A DNA stretch of 64,000 bases from Bacteroidales bacterium (GCA_016930375.1 JAFGGU010000044.1:2529-66528), one strand, 5' to 3'. Shown: positions 19,826 through 30,559, counted from the first letter of the stretch. Numbers and translations: made by a program. Notes: generated by a model not told the origin, from the letters alone.

Positions 19826-21970
19826 ATGGGGAGAAATAAACAACGGAACAAACCAAAGGGCATCAATAAGAAAGAGCTGTCCAACAGCATACTGGCGATC
19901 TTTTCCGCGCATCCCAAAAAGGTGTTTAATTACAAGCAAATTTCGGCTGTCCTGCTTATTACCGATTCAGCAGAGAAAAGACTGATCACCGAAGTGTTGT
20001 ATGAGCTTAAGAACAGGGAAGCCCTGGAAGAAGTCTCTACCGGAAAATTCAGGTTGAAAGCCAGAAGCGGTTTTGTCATCGGTACGGTGGATATGGCCAA
20101 GGGAGGTTATGGCTATATCGTTTCTGAGACCGTCAGGGAAGCTATCTTTGTTTCTCAGAATAATCTGAACCATGCATTGGATGGAGATACGGTAAAGGTT
20201 GAGGTATATGCCCACAGGAAAACTGAATCACTCGAGGGTGAAGTGGTTGAGATTCTCGAGAGAGCTCGTGAAACTTTCGTCGGCACCGTTGAAATTTCCG
20301 AAAGATATGCATTCCTGGCGCCTGACAGCAAGCAAATGCCGGTCGACCTCTTTATTCCTCTGGATAAACTAAACGGTGCTTTAAATGGTCAGAAAGCCAT
20401 AGCGCGACTAACTGAATGGCCGCGGAACGCTAAAAATCCCTTTGGAGAAATTATTGAAGTTCTTGGTAACCAGGGAGAGAATGAGGCTGAAATGCATGCT
20501 ATCCTTGCTGAATTTGGCCTTCCTTACAAGTTTACGGAAGATGTTGAGGAGGAAGCTGCCCGGATCAGCGATCATATCAGTGAAGCTGATTATAAATCAA
20601 GACGTGATTTCAGAGCTGTCCCCACGCTGACCATTGATCCCGATGATGCCAAAGATTTTGACGATGCGCTGTCGATAAGACAACTTGACGGTGAGAAATG
20701 GGAGATAGGTGTTCATATTGCTGATGTCACCCATTATGTCAGTCCAGAAACCCTGATTGATGAGGAGGGATTGAACAGGGCTACGTCGGTATATCTTGTT
20801 GATCGTGTAGTTCCGATGCTGCCGGAACGACTGTCCAATTTTATCTGTTCACTCCGACCGCATGAGGATAAGCTCTGTTTTTCAGCCGTATTTGTTGTCA
20901 GCGAACAGGCAGAAGTGCTGGATGAGTGGTTTGGCCGTACGGTAATTCAATCGGACAGGAGGTTCACTTACCGCGAAGCCCAGCATGTAATTGATACAGG
21001 TGAAGGAGATCTTTACCGTGAAGTTTTAAAACTCAACCAGCTTGCCAGGATTCTGCGTGAGCAGCGGTTTAAAGCCGGTTCCATTGCTTTCGAAAGAGAG
21101 GAAGTAAAAATTGAAGTGGATGAAAAAGGCCGTCCGGTTAGAATTTATGCCAGGGAGCACGATCTTTCCAATGAGCTCGTCGAGGAATTCATGCTGCTTG
21201 CCAATAAGCGGGTTGCCGAATTCATTGGTAAACCCAGGGATCAGGAGAAAAGAACTTTTGTATACCGTATACATGATCGCCCTGATAATGAAAAGCTGCA
21301 GAAATTTTCGCATTTCATTAAACGGTTTGGGTACAAGCTTTCCTTAAAATCAGGAAAACAGACTGCCCTGTCTCTGAATAAACTTCTCGAAGATGTAAGG
21401 GGAACACGCGAGCAGGATATAGTGGAAAACCTGGCTTTGCGGGCCATGGCGAAAGCAATATATTCTACCGTGAATATTGGTCATTACGGACTTGCCTTTG
21501 ACTACTACACCCACTTTACATCACCGATTCGTCGTTATCCCGATATGCTTGTGCACCGTTTGCTGGCGGATTACCTGGCAGGAGCGCATCCGCGAAACCA
21601 GAAAAAATACGAAAAAATGTGCAGGCATTCCTCTAAAATGGAGATCCTGGCCATGGAAGCCGAAAGAGCTTCCATAAAATACAAACAGGCCGAGTTCATG
21701 AAAGACAAGATCGGACAGCAGTTTGATGGCGTGGTTTCAGGTGTGACGGAATGGGGCATTTACGTCGAAATTCTTGAGAATAAATGCGAAGGCATGATTC
21801 CGATGCGCGGACTGGCAGGTGATTTTTACGAATACGACGAGGACAATTACTGCATCCGGGGACGCCGCACCGGCAAAAAGTACCAGATGGGAGATCCTTT
21901 GAAAATTGAAGTTGTCAGGGTTAACATGGTTCGTAAACAGATCGATTTTGCCCCGGCTTCTGATGACTGA
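19826..21970 (+). CDS. rnr: Ribonuclease R
   Basis: RNB catalytic region (IDPDDAKDFDDALS...YLVDRVVPMLP), HYGLAFDYYTHFTSPIRRYPD, and a C-terminal S1 domain (GVVSGVTEWGIYVEI). Confidence 0.92.
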   Translation: MGRNKQRNKPKGINKKELSNSILAIFSAHPKKVFNYKQISAVLLITDSAEKRLITEVLYELKNREALEEVSTGKFRLKARSGFVIGTVDMAKGGYGYIVSETVREAIFVSQNNLNHALDGDTVKVEVYAHRKTESLEGEVVEILERARETFVGTVEISERYAFLAPDSKQMPVDLFIPLDKLNGALNGQKAIARLTEWPRNAKNPFGEIIEVLGNQGENEAEMHAILAEFGLPYKFTEDVEEEAARISDHISEADYKSRRDFRAVPTLTIDPDDAKDFDDALSIRQLDGEKWEIGVHIADVTHYVSPETLIDEEGLNRATSVYLVDRVVPMLPERLSNFICSLRPHEDKLCFSAVFVVSEQAEVLDEWFGRTVIQSDRRFTYREAQHVIDTGEGDLYREVLKLNQLARILREQRFKAGSIAFEREEVKIEVDEKGRPVRIYAREHDLSNELVEEFMLLANKRVAEFIGKPRDQEKRTFVYRIHDRPDNEKLQKFSHFIKRFGYKLSLKSGKQTALSLNKLLEDVRGTREQDIVENLALRAMAKAIYSTVNIGHYGLAFDYYTHFTSPIRRYPDMLVHRLLADYLAGAHPRNQKKYEKMCRHSSKMEILAMEAERASIKYKQAEFMKDKIGQQFDGVVSGVTEWGIYVEILENKCEGMIPMRGLAGDFYEYDEDNYCIRGRRTGKKYQMGDPLKIEVVRVNMVRKQIDFAPASDD

Positions 21971-21989
21971 CGCACTATAACTGCATGAT

Positions 21990-23276
21990 ATGGTTTTAAA
22001 TTACATCTGGATCGGTTTTTTTCTTATAGGATTTCTGGTTGCCGTTTTCAGGGTTGCTGGTTACTATTTCCGGGATTTTTTCCTGGAACAATTCAACCTG
22101 GTATTTACAATTGCAGACCGGGATGTTTTTTCAGCCATTGTACAAAGTACTTTTGACATGGCCAAAAGCAGTGTAGAGATTTCGATCTACCTGATCGGGG
22201 TGATGGCGCTCTGGCTGGGCATTATGAAAATCGGTGAAAAAGGGGGAGCAGTGAATGCATTGTCGCGGTTGATGAACCCGTTCTTCAGCCGGATTTTTCC
22301 CGGAATACCAGCCAACCATCCTGCCATGGGTTCCATTATGATGAATTTCAGCGCCAATATGCTGGGACTCGACAATGCTGCCACACCACTGGGCCTTAAA
22401 GCCATGAGAGAACTGCAGGAAGTGAATCCTGACCCGGCCAGGGCTTCTGATGCGCAAATCATGTTTCTTGTATTGAACACTTCAAGTCTGACCCTCATTC
22501 CCATCAGTATTCTGGCCATGCGGATGGCCAACGGGGCGAAAGTGCCCACCGATGTTTTTATTCCCATGATCCTGGCTACGTATTTTTCCACCATGGCGGG
22601 ATTGATCTTTGTTTCCATCAGGCAGCGGATTAATTTATTCAATAAGGTCATCCTCTCCTATCTTGCGGGAATCACGGTTCTAATGGGCGGTATTATCTGG
22701 TATCTCAGCCGGTTACCACAACCAATGATGGCCTCACGCACAGGATTTGCAGGTAATTTTCTGCTTTTTGCCATCATCATCATTTTCCTTGTCCTGGGAA
22801 TCAGGAAAAGGATCAATCTGTATGAAACCTTTATTGAAGGGGCCAAGGAAGGTTTTGAGGTGGCAGTCAAAATCATTCCCTACCTGGTGGCTATGCTTGT
22901 TGCAGTGGGTGTATTCAGGGCATCGGGGTCGCTGGATTTCCTGATTGGAGGGGTGGGGGGCTTTTTTGCACTATTTGGCATGGACACACGATTTGTTGAT
23001 GCGCTTCCGGTAGCCTTTATGAAGCCCTTAAGCGGCAGTGGTGCACGAGGAGTAATGGTGGAGATCATGCAGCATTTTGGAGCAGATTCATTTGCCGGCC
23101 GCCTCGCATGTATCATGCAGGGATCCACCGAAACAACCTTTTACACGGTGGCGGTTTACTATGGAGCGGTGAATATCCGAAATACGCGTTATACAATTCC
23201 CGGAGGTCTTTTAGCGGATCTTGCCGGGGTTGTTGCTGCGATCTTTATAGCTTATCTCTTCTTTGGCAAGGGATGA
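21990..23276 (+). CDS. Nucleoside-recognition-domain membrane protein (fused SpmA/SpmB-like)
   Basis: 428 aa and polytopic. N-terminus MVLNYIWIGFFLIGFLVA, and two Gate-like halves (GAVNALSRLMNPFF...; PLSGSGARGVM). Confidence 0.75.
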   Translation: MVLNYIWIGFFLIGFLVAVFRVAGYYFRDFFLEQFNLVFTIADRDVFSAIVQSTFDMAKSSVEISIYLIGVMALWLGIMKIGEKGGAVNALSRLMNPFFSRIFPGIPANHPAMGSIMMNFSANMLGLDNAATPLGLKAMRELQEVNPDPARASDAQIMFLVLNTSSLTLIPISILAMRMANGAKVPTDVFIPMILATYFSTMAGLIFVSIRQRINLFNKVILSYLAGITVLMGGIIWYLSRLPQPMMASRTGFAGNFLLFAIIIIFLVLGIRKRINLYETFIEGAKEGFEVAVKIIPYLVAMLVAVGVFRASGSLDFLIGGVGGFFALFGMDTRFVDALPVAFMKPLSGSGARGVMVEIMQHFGADSFAGRLACIMQGSTETTFYTVAVYYGAVNIRNTRYTIPGGLLADLAGVVAAIFIAYLFFGKG

Positions 23277-23286
23277 TCGTTTTCTC

Positions 23287-23916
23287 TTATTTCAAAAGAT
23301 AGCTGACCCCCAGTGTGAGATAGTTGTTAAAATCACCGGTGGAATTACCAAAAAGTTTTCCAAACCAGGAATAATAGGCTCCGGCTGATTCCAAATCACG
23401 GATGGAGAAAATGGAATAGGAATATCGAATATTCACGGCGATTTTCGCAGATAGATCGACACGTATTCCTACCAGGGTTCCCAGGTCAAATTTGCGGAAG
23501 TCAACCAGGTATTCTTCAGGCAGATTGCCGGCTTCATCTTCGCCCCTGGCGGAGAACCTATAGCCGGGAATTAAACCCAGTTCAAATGAAACAGGCTTTT
23601 TTATTTGAACAGCGGCCAAAACAGGCAGATCGATATAATGGAGCCCCAACCTGTAAGCGCCTGTATTATCATCAGACGCGGGATTTCTGGCCCCTCTGCC
23701 CGTATACTTAATTTCCAGGCGGGCTTCCAGATAAGATGTCAGTGATGCGCTGATAAATACTCCGCCCTGCAAGCCAGGTTTATCGAAACCGGCGTAAGAA
23801 TCTCCGTCGATTTGCGATGCAGAAAAGCCGGCCAGGATGCCGCCATGAAAAGGCTGGCCTTTTGCTGCGATGCAGAACAACATCAGAGAAATAATCAAAA
23901 GAGACCTTTGCATCAT
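23287..23916 (-). CDS. Small outer-membrane beta-barrel (porin-family/OMP_b-brl_2-like) protein
   Basis: Signal peptide, alternating hydrophobic beta-strand pattern, and a C-terminal YLTLGVSYLLK ending. Confidence 0.65.
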   Translation of the reverse strand: MMQRSLLIISLMLFCIAAKGQPFHGGILAGFSASQIDGDSYAGFDKPGLQGGVFISASLTSYLEARLEIKYTGRGARNPASDDNTGAYRLGLHYIDLPVLAAVQIKKPVSFELGLIPGYRFSARGEDEAGNLPEEYLVDFRKFDLGTLVGIRVDLSAKIAVNIRYSYSIFSIRDLESAGAYYSWFGKLFGNSTGDFNNYLTLGVSYLLK

Positions 23917-23917
23917 T

Positions 23918-24613
23918 TCAGGATGAATATTCCTTTAGCAACCTTTCCTTCAGGATAGCTGTGCCGGTACCTGCCTTCTGCCTGATGAATTCAACATGCC
24001 TGTAAATGGGGACCGCAACATCATTGGGATCTATGAGAAAAACCGGAGTGGGTTTAGGAACAAAGTCGATCAGTCCGGCCGCCGGATATACAACCATTGA
24101 GGTTCCTATCACAACAAAGACATCCGCCTCGGAAGTTATGGCGGCAGCCTCTTCAATGGCAGGCACAGCTTCACCGAACCATACAATGTCGGGCCTGAGC
24201 TGAAATCCTTTCTCACAGGTATCTCCGGGATTTATTGGATCGTACCCGATATCATAAACCAGCCCCGGATCGCCCGTGCTTCGCGCCCGGGTGAGAATTC
24301 CATGCAGATGTAACACATTTTTACTGCCTGCCTGTTCATGCAGGTTATCCACATTCTGTGTAATGATGCGCACGTCAAAATAATTTTCAAGTTCTGCAAG
24401 TTCTTTATGAGCCTTGTTGGGCCGGGCATTTTTGAGCTGTGCGCGACGCTCGTTGTAAAACCTTAGCACAAGTTCCATATTTCTGCTCCAGCCAGCGTAA
24501 CTGGCAACCTCCATAACGTCATAGTCCTCCCATAATCCTCCCTGTTCTCTAAAAGTCTTTAATCCGCTTTCTGAACTTATTCCTGAACCTGTAAGTACGA
24601 CAAGCTTTTTCAT
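23918..24613 (-). CDS. cobB: NAD-dependent protein deacylase (Sir2 family)
   Basis: Contains GSGISSESGLKTFR, ITQNVDNLHEQAGS, HLHG and VVIGTSMVVYPAA. Confidence 0.85.
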   Translation of the reverse strand: MKKLVVLTGSGISSESGLKTFREQGGLWEDYDVMEVASYAGWSRNMELVLRFYNERRAQLKNARPNKAHKELAELENYFDVRIITQNVDNLHEQAGSKNVLHLHGILTRARSTGDPGLVYDIGYDPINPGDTCEKGFQLRPDIVWFGEAVPAIEEAAAITSEADVFVVIGTSMVVYPAAGLIDFVPKPTPVFLIDPNDVAVPIYRHVEFIRQKAGTGTAILKERLLKEYSS

Positions 24614-24632
24614 GCAGAATTATTAAGGTTAA

Positions 24633-24640
24633 CAAATATA
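24633..24640 (-). promoter_or_regulatory. Candidate -7 box (TATATTTG) for the Sir2/OMP operon
   Basis: The minus strand reads TATATTTG, 20 nt upstream of the ATG at 24613. Motif match only. Confidence 0.3.
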
Positions 24641-24691
24641 GGATTTTTATTTTACTATCTTTACACCTTTCATATTCAGCCATTAAGACCT

Positions 24692-27133
24692 ATGGATCAG
24701 TATCCTGAAATTTACCGTGAAGAGGAGAGCATTGATATTAAAAAATACCTCTACCGAATCCTTTATAACTGGTGGTGGTTTGCCCTCTCCATTTTTGTGG
24801 CCCTCACCATTGCCTATCTGGTAAATCGTTATTCTGAAGATGTTTACAGGGCCAGCTGCTCAGTAATTATTGCCAATGAAAATACGCCCCGCGGTGATAT
24901 TGAAAGTGTCATTGAAGACATGACCAATGTACGCAACAGGAGAACCAAAGCTGTTGTTCAGAATGAGATCACGGTGCTGAAATCCTATAAAATGGCACAG
25001 GTCGCCCTGGAAGACCTCGATTTTGGCATTAGCTATACGGCTGTCGGACGGAGAGGAATTGCTGAATCAAAATTGTATAAAAGCTCTCCTTTTATTGTAA
25101 TTACCGATAGCACAAAACCCAATCAGTACAATTATCCCGTGCATATTTCAATCCTGTCCCCCACGACTTACAGGTTGACCATTGATGACAAATTCGGCAT
25201 TTCACAGGTTTTGTATTTCGGTCAGGAATTTGAGCATGCCAGCTTCAATTTCAAATTGCTGCCCAGGACCCCGGAGAGTCTGAAAAGCCTGAGCAGTTTT
25301 CCGCTGAAATATTACTTTATCCTGCATGACATGAACGGCCTGGCAAATCGTTACCGGGCAGGGCTGGAAGTTGAAGTAAACGATGAAAAGGGATCCATCC
25401 TGACATTATCACTTACCGGACCTAATAAGGAGCAGATATGCGATTACCTCAACCGTCTCTCTCATATATATATCCTATCCAATCTTAACGAAAAGAACGC
25501 CACTTCATCAAACACGATCCGGTTCATTGACGAACAGCTACGGGAAATTATTGACTCCCTGCAAACTGCCGGTGTCAGGTTACAGAATTTCAGATCAGCC
25601 AACCGGATCATTAACATCAGTCAGGAAGGGAATGCGCTGTTTCAGCAAATGGAGCTGTTAAACACGGAGAAAGCAGAAATTGAAATTAAGGGTAGCTACT
25701 TTGAGTACATCAAGGGTTATATTGTTTCGAAAAAGGACAATATTGAAATCATTGCACCTTCGGTAATGGGAATTCAGGATGCCCTGCTGAATTCTTTGGT
25801 GGGTCAGATCAATGACCTGAACACTGAAAGAAGGAATCTGCAGTTCAGTTCAAATGAAAACAATCCGAGACTGACCATGCTGAACATGCAGCTTGAAAAC
25901 CTGCGGATGGACATCCTTGAAAATGTAAACAATCTCATTGAAGCCAACAGCATTTCCCTGAACAATCTGGCTGAGCGCATCAACAGTCTGGAAAAAGAAA
26001 TTAAGAAACTCCCGTCTACAGAAAGGCAGCTCATTAATATTCAGCGGGAATTCAATATTAACGATCAGATATATACATTTCTTCTTGAAAAACGCGCCGA
26101 GGCAGGAATTACAAAAGCGTCCAACACTTCGGATCACCGTTTGCTCGATATTGCTAGGCCCGAAAATGCATCCATGATAAAGCCGAAGACATCCATGAAT
26201 TATATGATGGCTTTGGTATTGGGTGGATTGCTGCCCCTGATGCTGCTGATACTGATCGAATATTTCAATAACAAGATCGTGGACCGGAAGGACATTGAGC
26301 AGCAGACTACGGTTCCCATACTCGGTTCCATCGGTCATAATGAGAAATCTTTTGATCTTCCGGTATTTGAAAATCCCAAATCTGCCCTTGCTGAATCATT
26401 CCGCTCGTTACGGGCAAACCTGCAATATCTTTTGAAAAACGAAACACACAAGGTCATTTCCATTTCGTCAACCATAAGCGGTGAAGGAAAAACTTTCTGC
26501 GCAGCCAACCTGGCTGCCATCATTGCCATGGCCGGACGAAAAACGCTCCTGGTTAGCCTTGATCTTCGAAAACCAAAGATCCACAGGATTTTCAAACTGG
26601 ATAATGATTCCGGTATAAGTACTTACCTGGCCGGAATGAACGGTTTCGAGTCGATTGTTCATGCCACCAACGTGGAGAACCTTTCTGTGGCCATTTCCGG
26701 TCCGGTTCCCCCAAATCCGGCCGAATTAATCGAATCGGCCAGAATGGCCGATTTTATGAACCGTATGAAGGTCGAATACGATTTCATCATTATTGACACA
26801 CCTCCTATTGCTGTAGTTACCGATGCATTGCTTCTGAAAGAAATGGTGGATATCCATGTTTTCGTAATCAGACATGGCTATTCAAGCAAACAGGTCTTAG
26901 AACTGGTGGAAGATCTTTACACCAAAAGGGGACTGAAGAATATGACCCTGCTTGTGAACGATGTGCACACCAAGGGTTATTATGGCTATTCCTACCGGTA
27001 TGGCTATGGCTATGGCTACGGATACGGTTACGGATATGGATATGAACACGGTTATTACGATGAGGAAACATCAACACCGGTCGTAAAAATCCCAGGCAAA
27101 ATCAGGAAGATTTTTAAAGGAAAGAAACGGTAA
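24692..27133 (+). CDS. Polysaccharide co-polymerase / tyrosine autokinase (Wzc/GumC-like) with a C-terminal Tyr-rich tail
   Basis: N-terminal Wzz-like domain with TM, coiled-coil middle, a second TM, Walker A SSTISGEGKTF, Walker B IIIDTPP, and the tail GYYGYSYRYGYGYGYGYGYGYGYEHGYY. Confidence 0.85.
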   Translation: MDQYPEIYREEESIDIKKYLYRILYNWWWFALSIFVALTIAYLVNRYSEDVYRASCSVIIANENTPRGDIESVIEDMTNVRNRRTKAVVQNEITVLKSYKMAQVALEDLDFGISYTAVGRRGIAESKLYKSSPFIVITDSTKPNQYNYPVHISILSPTTYRLTIDDKFGISQVLYFGQEFEHASFNFKLLPRTPESLKSLSSFPLKYYFILHDMNGLANRYRAGLEVEVNDEKGSILTLSLTGPNKEQICDYLNRLSHIYILSNLNEKNATSSNTIRFIDEQLREIIDSLQTAGVRLQNFRSANRIINISQEGNALFQQMELLNTEKAEIEIKGSYFEYIKGYIVSKKDNIEIIAPSVMGIQDALLNSLVGQINDLNTERRNLQFSSNENNPRLTMLNMQLENLRMDILENVNNLIEANSISLNNLAERINSLEKEIKKLPSTERQLINIQREFNINDQIYTFLLEKRAEAGITKASNTSDHRLLDIARPENASMIKPKTSMNYMMALVLGGLLPLMLLILIEYFNNKIVDRKDIEQQTTVPILGSIGHNEKSFDLPVFENPKSALAESFRSLRANLQYLLKNETHKVISISSTISGEGKTFCAANLAAIIAMAGRKTLLVSLDLRKPKIHRIFKLDNDSGISTYLAGMNGFESIVHATNVENLSVAISGPVPPNPAELIESARMADFMNRMKVEYDFIIIDTPPIAVVTDALLLKEMVDIHVFVIRHGYSSKQVLELVEDLYTKRGLKNMTLLVNDVHTKGYYGYSYRYGYGYGYGYGYGYGYEHGYYDEETSTPVVKIPGKIRKIFKGKKR
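26999..27040 (+). repeat. In-frame hexanucleotide microsatellite (TAY-GGN)x7 encoding (YG)7
   Basis: The sequence is tatggc tatggc tatggc tacgga tacggt tacgga tatgga, read directly. It lies inside the Tyr cluster spanning 26975-27058. Confidence 0.9.
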
Positions 27134-27156
27134 AGCAAGCCATCAGCCTGCAATCA

Positions 27157-28008
27157 TCATCCGCCGGCTGTAACGAATGTTCCCGGCCTTCTCAGTAGTT
27201 TAGGCGTCAGGCAGAGTACAGGGATCTCAGCTTTATTGAGGATCTGGTGAGCTGTATTTCCCATAATCAGACTTAATCCGGGAGATTGTTCTGTTGTAAT
27301 GGAAATAAGGTCTGCCTTTACCGTGTTGGCGTAATTAATAACCAATTCAGGAATATTATCCCCGAAAACTTCGTTGCTTTCACAATGCAATACACCCTCA
27401 ATATAGCCGGCGACCTGGCTGGTATAGGATCTGATTTTTTTCACATCCTGCTTGTTGTTGGATTTATGAACCCCCACCACATGAATTTCAGCGCCGAACA
27501 GCTTAGCCACTTCGGTCGTAAAGGGTACTTTCTGCCTTGAATCTGCTGACATATCAATGGGCATTACGATTTTTGATATCATGTCAGGACAGAAATTTTT
27601 ACGCAAGGTTATGACGGGTTTATCAGTAGCAGATATGATCCGAAAGGTATTGCTACCAATAAAAAGTTCCTGAAAACCTGAAGCGCCATGCGTTGATGAA
27701 GTGATGACCGAATCAGGCAATTCTGCAGCCAGGTTGACAATCTCCTGGTAGATTCTGCCCTTCCTGATCATAAAATCGATCCGGGAATCATGGTCAAGAT
27801 GGGACTTGTAACTTTCAATGATTTTGCCGAAGTTTTCCTCAGCTGTTTTCTGTTCATTCTCCTGGGCCGTCTTGTCTGCTTCAGTGGACTTGTGCAATAC
27901 GTATACCAGATAAATATTAACCTGTGTTTTTTTTGCAAACAGGAGAGCCATTTTTAAGCCATTCAATGATTCTGTGGAGAAATCCATGGGTACAATAAAA
28001 TTTTTCAT
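27157..28008 (-). CDS. Tandem-domain universal stress protein (UspA family)
   Basis: 283 aa in two Usp-like halves, each ending with a G-x-G...(S/T) ATP-binding-like segment (HGASGFQELFIGSNT; SLIMGNTAHQILNKAEIPVL). Confidence 0.75.
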   Translation of the reverse strand: MKNFIVPMDFSTESLNGLKMALLFAKKTQVNIYLVYVLHKSTEADKTAQENEQKTAEENFGKIIESYKSHLDHDSRIDFMIRKGRIYQEIVNLAAELPDSVITSSTHGASGFQELFIGSNTFRIISATDKPVITLRKNFCPDMISKIVMPIDMSADSRQKVPFTTEVAKLFGAEIHVVGVHKSNNKQDVKKIRSYTSQVAGYIEGVLHCESNEVFGDNIPELVINYANTVKADLISITTEQSPGLSLIMGNTAHQILNKAEIPVLCLTPKLLRRPGTFVTAGG

Positions 28009-28205
28009 AACAGCAGATTTTGATGAGACAGAATATAGAATAAAGTTAGTTATTTTCTTGATAGTGTATGCTATACACCATTACAATTATTTGAGAAAGC
28101 AGCAACAGGATAAATCAGATAAATTATTTAATTCAATTATCTTTGATCCGATTGTACCATCACCCTGGTGCTGATGAAGATGACGAACCTTTTAAATGTT
28201 GAATT

Positions 28206-29174
28206 ATGAAGGAAGCCGTAATTGGAATTGATATTGGCGGAACATATACGAAGTATGGTATTGTTGACAGAGAAGGCAATTGCCTGGTTGAAGGATACAC
28301 CAATACTTCCACCCATGCTAATTTCGATGATTATCTGAAGGATCTTTGCCATGCGATTGCAAACTCAATGCAAAATCTGAAAGGAACAATTGAAATCAGG
28401 GGAGTTGGGATGGGTGCGCCCAACGGCAATTACTATAGCGGATCTATTGAAAATGCTGCGAATCTGAACTGGAGGGGTGAAATACGGGTGGTGGAGAAAA
28501 TGCGGAAGTATTATCCGGAATTGACAGTTGTTCTGACAAATGATGCCAATGCGGCAGCCATTGGTGAAATGGTTTTCGGCGGTGCAAAAAACATGAAGGA
28601 CTTCATTGTCATAACACTCGGAACCGGTCTGGGAAGCGGATTGGTGGTGGGCGGGACCCTGGTTTACGGAAATGATGGATTTGCCGGAGAACTGGGACAC
28701 ATTATTGCCCAGCTGAATGGCAGGGAATGTGGCTGTGGAAGAAAGGGCTGCCTGGAAACCTATGCATCTGCCAGTGGAATAAGGCGAACAGTCTACTGGT
28801 TATTGTCTGAGCGCCAGATCGACAGTGAATTACGAGACGTGAGCTTCAATGACCTGACTGCCAAAATGATCAGCGAGGCTGCTCTCAGGGGTGATCCAAT
28901 TGCCCGGGAGGCTTTTGATTACACAGGCTGGGTTTTAGGTTCCAAGCTGGCCGACACTGTTGCCCATAGCAGTCCCGAGGCTATTTTCCTGCTGGGAGGA
29001 CTCGCCAATTCAAAGGAACTCATCATCCAACCCACCAAAAAGTACATGGAAGAGAGCCTGTTGCCGATATTCCGCAATAAAGTGAAAATACTGCTGTCCA
29101 GTTTGCCCGATATGAACGCAGGGGTTTTAGGTGCCGGTGCACTTGTATGGAATGAATTGAACCTGCATAAATAG
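28206..29174 (+). CDS. ROK-family sugar kinase (glucokinase-like)
   Basis: N-terminal IGIDIGGT, NDANAAAIGE, and the ROK zinc motif GHI...CGCGRKGCLE. Confidence 0.85.
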   Translation: MKEAVIGIDIGGTYTKYGIVDREGNCLVEGYTNTSTHANFDDYLKDLCHAIANSMQNLKGTIEIRGVGMGAPNGNYYSGSIENAANLNWRGEIRVVEKMRKYYPELTVVLTNDANAAAIGEMVFGGAKNMKDFIVITLGTGLGSGLVVGGTLVYGNDGFAGELGHIIAQLNGRECGCGRKGCLETYASASGIRRTVYWLLSERQIDSELRDVSFNDLTAKMISEAALRGDPIAREAFDYTGWVLGSKLADTVAHSSPEAIFLLGGLANSKELIIQPTKKYMEESLLPIFRNKVKILLSSLPDMNAGVLGAGALVWNELNLHK

Positions 29175-29251
29175 GAAAATTTTTCGTAACTTTAGAATAG
29201 TTTTAACCGGATGTCGGTTGAAATCCTAAATGTGCAAATCTTTGTTGAACC

Positions 29252-30559
29252 ATGAAAGCAACTTATAGAATGTTTTTAACAGGTCTTCTCCTGTTACTTG
29301 CCGGTTCTTTTCTGAATGCCCAGATTGATATTGAAGGGAAAATCAAGCGTAAAATACAGGATAGAGCAGAACAGCGTGTGGATGAAGGTATTGATAAGGC
29401 TTTGGATGAGGCTGAGGAAGGTGTTGAGGAAGCGGTGAAAGGTGAAGGAGAGGAAAAAGAGGAATCTGAGGATGCTTTGGAAGAGGAAAAGCCTGCTGCC
29501 AAATCAGAAACAACCTCCGAAGACCGGGCTGAAGAACCCAAGGTTTCAACACCTGCGTTTGCTACGTATTCAAAATACGATTTTATTCCCGGGGAGAAAG
29601 TGATCCTTTTTGAAAATTTTGAGCAGGATGCTGTTGGTGATTTCCCTGCCTTGTGGAATACCAATGCAACCGGTGAGGTTATGACAACCAATGTATATCC
29701 CGGTAAATGGTTCAAGCCCATGGGTGACGGTGTGTTTTTACTGGAGAAGTCCATTCCGTTCCCCGACAATTATACTGTTGAATTTGACGTAATACCCCAG
29801 TACAAAGAAGGTTCGGGAGATTGCAGCTTCATACTGACCATTTATGATCAGCCTGAAATGGAATTAAATGATGACCTATATCCCGGTAATGCCGGATTTC
29901 ATCTGGATTTTTCTTCCAATGCCCATCATTTTACCAATTATGTCACCGTTGTCGATAATCCGGGAGAGATTTCCGGGTACAGTGAAACCGGACTTCTTGT
30001 TCCAGAAAAGCTGAACAAGGTTAAAATCTGGGTTCAGAAGCAGCGTATCCGGGTATACATGGAAGAGAAAAAGATCTACGATCTGCCCAGGGGCATTCTG
30101 GCGGGTTATAAATACAATCATCTGAGGATCAGTACAAGTAACAGAGGAGGCGAACCATTGATCAGCAATATCCGGATTGCTGCCGGCCGGCCCGATGTTC
30201 GCAGTAAGCTCCTCACCGAAGGCAAACTTATTACCTATGGAATATATTTCGATACCGGGAAAGATATCGTAAAACCTGAATCATACGCCACATTGAAAGA
30301 GATTGCCTCCGTTCTGCAGGAGAATCCCGATGTGCGTGTAAAAATTGTCGGATATACCGACAGTGACGGGAACGATGCCTCCAATCTGGATCTGTCAAAG
30401 CGACGGGCAGCTTCAGTAAAAGTCAGCCTGGAGAAGGACTTTGGCATAAATGCTTCCCGGATCGAAACGGATGGGAAGGGAGAAGCAGAGCCCGTATCAT
30501 CAAACTCCACATCTGAAGGCAAAGCGGCCAACCGCAGGGTAGAAATTATCAGGCTTTAA
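29252..30559 (+). CDS. OmpA-family protein with an acidic linker and a jelly-roll-like middle domain
   Basis: Signal peptide, an E/K-rich low-complexity segment, and a C-terminal OmpA_C motif: GYTDSDGNDASNLDLSKRRAASV...GEAEPV...NRRVEI. Confidence 0.8.
   Translation: MKATYRMFLTGLLLLLAGSFLNAQIDIEGKIKRKIQDRAEQRVDEGIDKALDEAEEGVEEAVKGEGEEKEESEDALEEEKPAAKSETTSEDRAEEPKVSTPAFATYSKYDFIPGEKVILFENFEQDAVGDFPALWNTNATGEVMTTNVYPGKWFKPMGDGVFLLEKSIPFPDNYTVEFDVIPQYKEGSGDCSFILTIYDQPEMELNDDLYPGNAGFHLDFSSNAHHFTNYVTVVDNPGEISGYSETGLLVPEKLNKVKIWVQKQRIRVYMEEKKIYDLPRGILAGYKYNHLRISTSNRGGEPLISNIRIAAGRPDVRSKLLTEGKLITYGIYFDTGKDIVKPESYATLKEIASVLQENPDVRVKIVGYTDSDGNDASNLDLSKRRAASVKVSLEKDFGINASRIETDGKGEAEPVSSNSTSEGKAANRRVEIIRL

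Noticed and set aside
27974-28174. 66-aa ORF in the Usp/ROK intergenic region, and a 94-aa ORF at 39209-39493
   Set aside because: Both are AT-rich with implausible composition. One overlaps the Usp start, and the other overlaps the sugar transferase start in another frame. Neither has a recognisable motif.
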